The position numbers and the translations under genes are program-made. Shown piece by piece: positions 62,847 through 64,000 of a DNA stretch of 64,000 nt. Position 1 is the stretch's first letter. The number at the start of each line of letters is the position of its first letter. The stretch comes from Azolla caroliniana (taxonomy: Eukaryota > Plantae > Polypodiophyta): assembly GCA_043228905.1 (NCBI GenBank), contig JBHGNT010000016.1:18910001-18974000 (forward strand). Reading direction: 5' to 3'. The notes beneath the pieces are model-generated. The model searched no databases and was not told where the DNA came from. It saw nothing but the letters and a program-made list of their open reading frames with translations.

Positions 62847-64000
62847 TTTTTTTTTTTTTCTTTCAAAGATTTTCCTCATTAGTATTAAGAAAAACATGTG
62901 AATGCTACAACTTAAGCTTATGTGCCCAAAAGCTTACAATTTTCATGTACAATGATATACGATAATCCTAAGACCAAAGCTAGAACTTTGTAAAAGGTAA
63001 AAAAGTTTTTGTTGCATTCTGTCGTGCGTCACTGCTAATCAAGAAAGGGTCCAAGGAAGTTGATAGTTCCATTGAGGTTCTTGAGTTGACTCAGAAAATA
63101 GGGGTAACCTTTTCCATAAGTGAAGGAGCTTCTTCTTTCTCTTGTTCACAGTCTCTGGTGAACCCTGCATGTTGTCATACTGGCCGCTGACTACTACCAC
63201 CAACTTCTCCCATATCTCACGCAAGACATTTGAGAGACACTGATATGTCGCATCATAACGTCGGTTGCATCGACATTTCCATAATGCCCATAACGTTATT
63301 GTAGTCACTGTTTTCCATATCTGGGCAGATTGCACCTGCTTTTGAGGTTGTTGAAAGGGGTTGACCAATATCAATCTTCTATTATGTAGCGTCATTGCCT
63401 CTTGAACATCGTTTGCCTCATACAACATCAAACTGGAATGTAACACTCCCCACATTGCTGATCCCCATGAAAATAGGCAAACAACATTGATTGTTAAAAA
63501 TAACAAAAGAACTTTATTCCATACTTGTTGAGCCAAGGAACATGACCAAAGGGCATGCTTGGTAGTCTCCTGCGCTTCATGGCAAAAGTCACATTGTCGA
63601 AGATTGGGTGGTACATTCCCTTTCAATGAGTGACCAATTGGTAAGGCCATATGCACTAATAGCCATCCGAAGAGAGTATTAGTGGCCCCTTGAATGACCA
63701 AATCCATTTCCAGTAGGTTTTCAAATGCAAAGTTGAGACCCCCCAAGTGGTCCAATGTTTCTGAGCTGCTGGTATCCTTGCATTCTGAGAAAGCAGTAGT
63801 GCTCTTCCAAGTTTTACTGAGTATTGAAAGAAAGGAACCTTTATGATCTATTCCCCCCAAGGAATGTGACCAAAACCAGCCCCCCGGATCCCATGTTAAT
63901 CTTGCAACCGGAGTTTTTGCATATAACCACAACATATCACACGTACGAGCAATTGAAGGATAAGGATCGAGCATCCATTTCTTTCCAAATTTAGCAACCA
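62847..64000 (-). mobile_element. L1-type LINE 3' end (ORF2 C-terminus, 3' UTR, poly-A); continues beyond the window
   Basis: zf-RVT motif WLLVHMALPI...CDFCHEAQETTKHALWSCSLAQQVW and LWALWKCRCNRRY; A13 tail at 62847-62859 on the minus strand. Confidence 0.88.

Overview
Eukaryotic land-plant nuclear DNA; the repeat landscape suggests a seed-free plant such as a fern (inference). Host genes: the last six exons of a GDP-mannose pyrophosphorylase alpha/KONJAC-type gene (1-2437, +), an 11-exon GT31 beta-1,3-galactosyltransferase (52115-55435, +) and a convergent intronless Ser-rich ORF (56562-57323, -). 6.4-40.3 kb is a nest of LTR retrotransposons: four Copia elements (here A1, A2, B, C), one intact very young Gypsy (F, tRNA-Trp primed), two gag-only relatives of F (D, E) and a solo-LTR-like insert. 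Main findings: (1) F has AG_GUU_UUU, a 5-nt spacer and an H-type pseudoknot at a gag/pol junction where pol is in the -2 frame; (2) target-site duplications and restored reading frames show that about 30 kb (7230-37516) was inverted by a reciprocal exchange between two unrelated Copias; (3) two unrelated LTR types carry antisense tRNA-type A/B boxes with the same spacing. There are also repair scars (telomeric insert, foldback palindrome, templated filler), two degenerate telomere-like arrays flanking the gene pair, and the 3' end of an L1 LINE. All alignments were made by eye.
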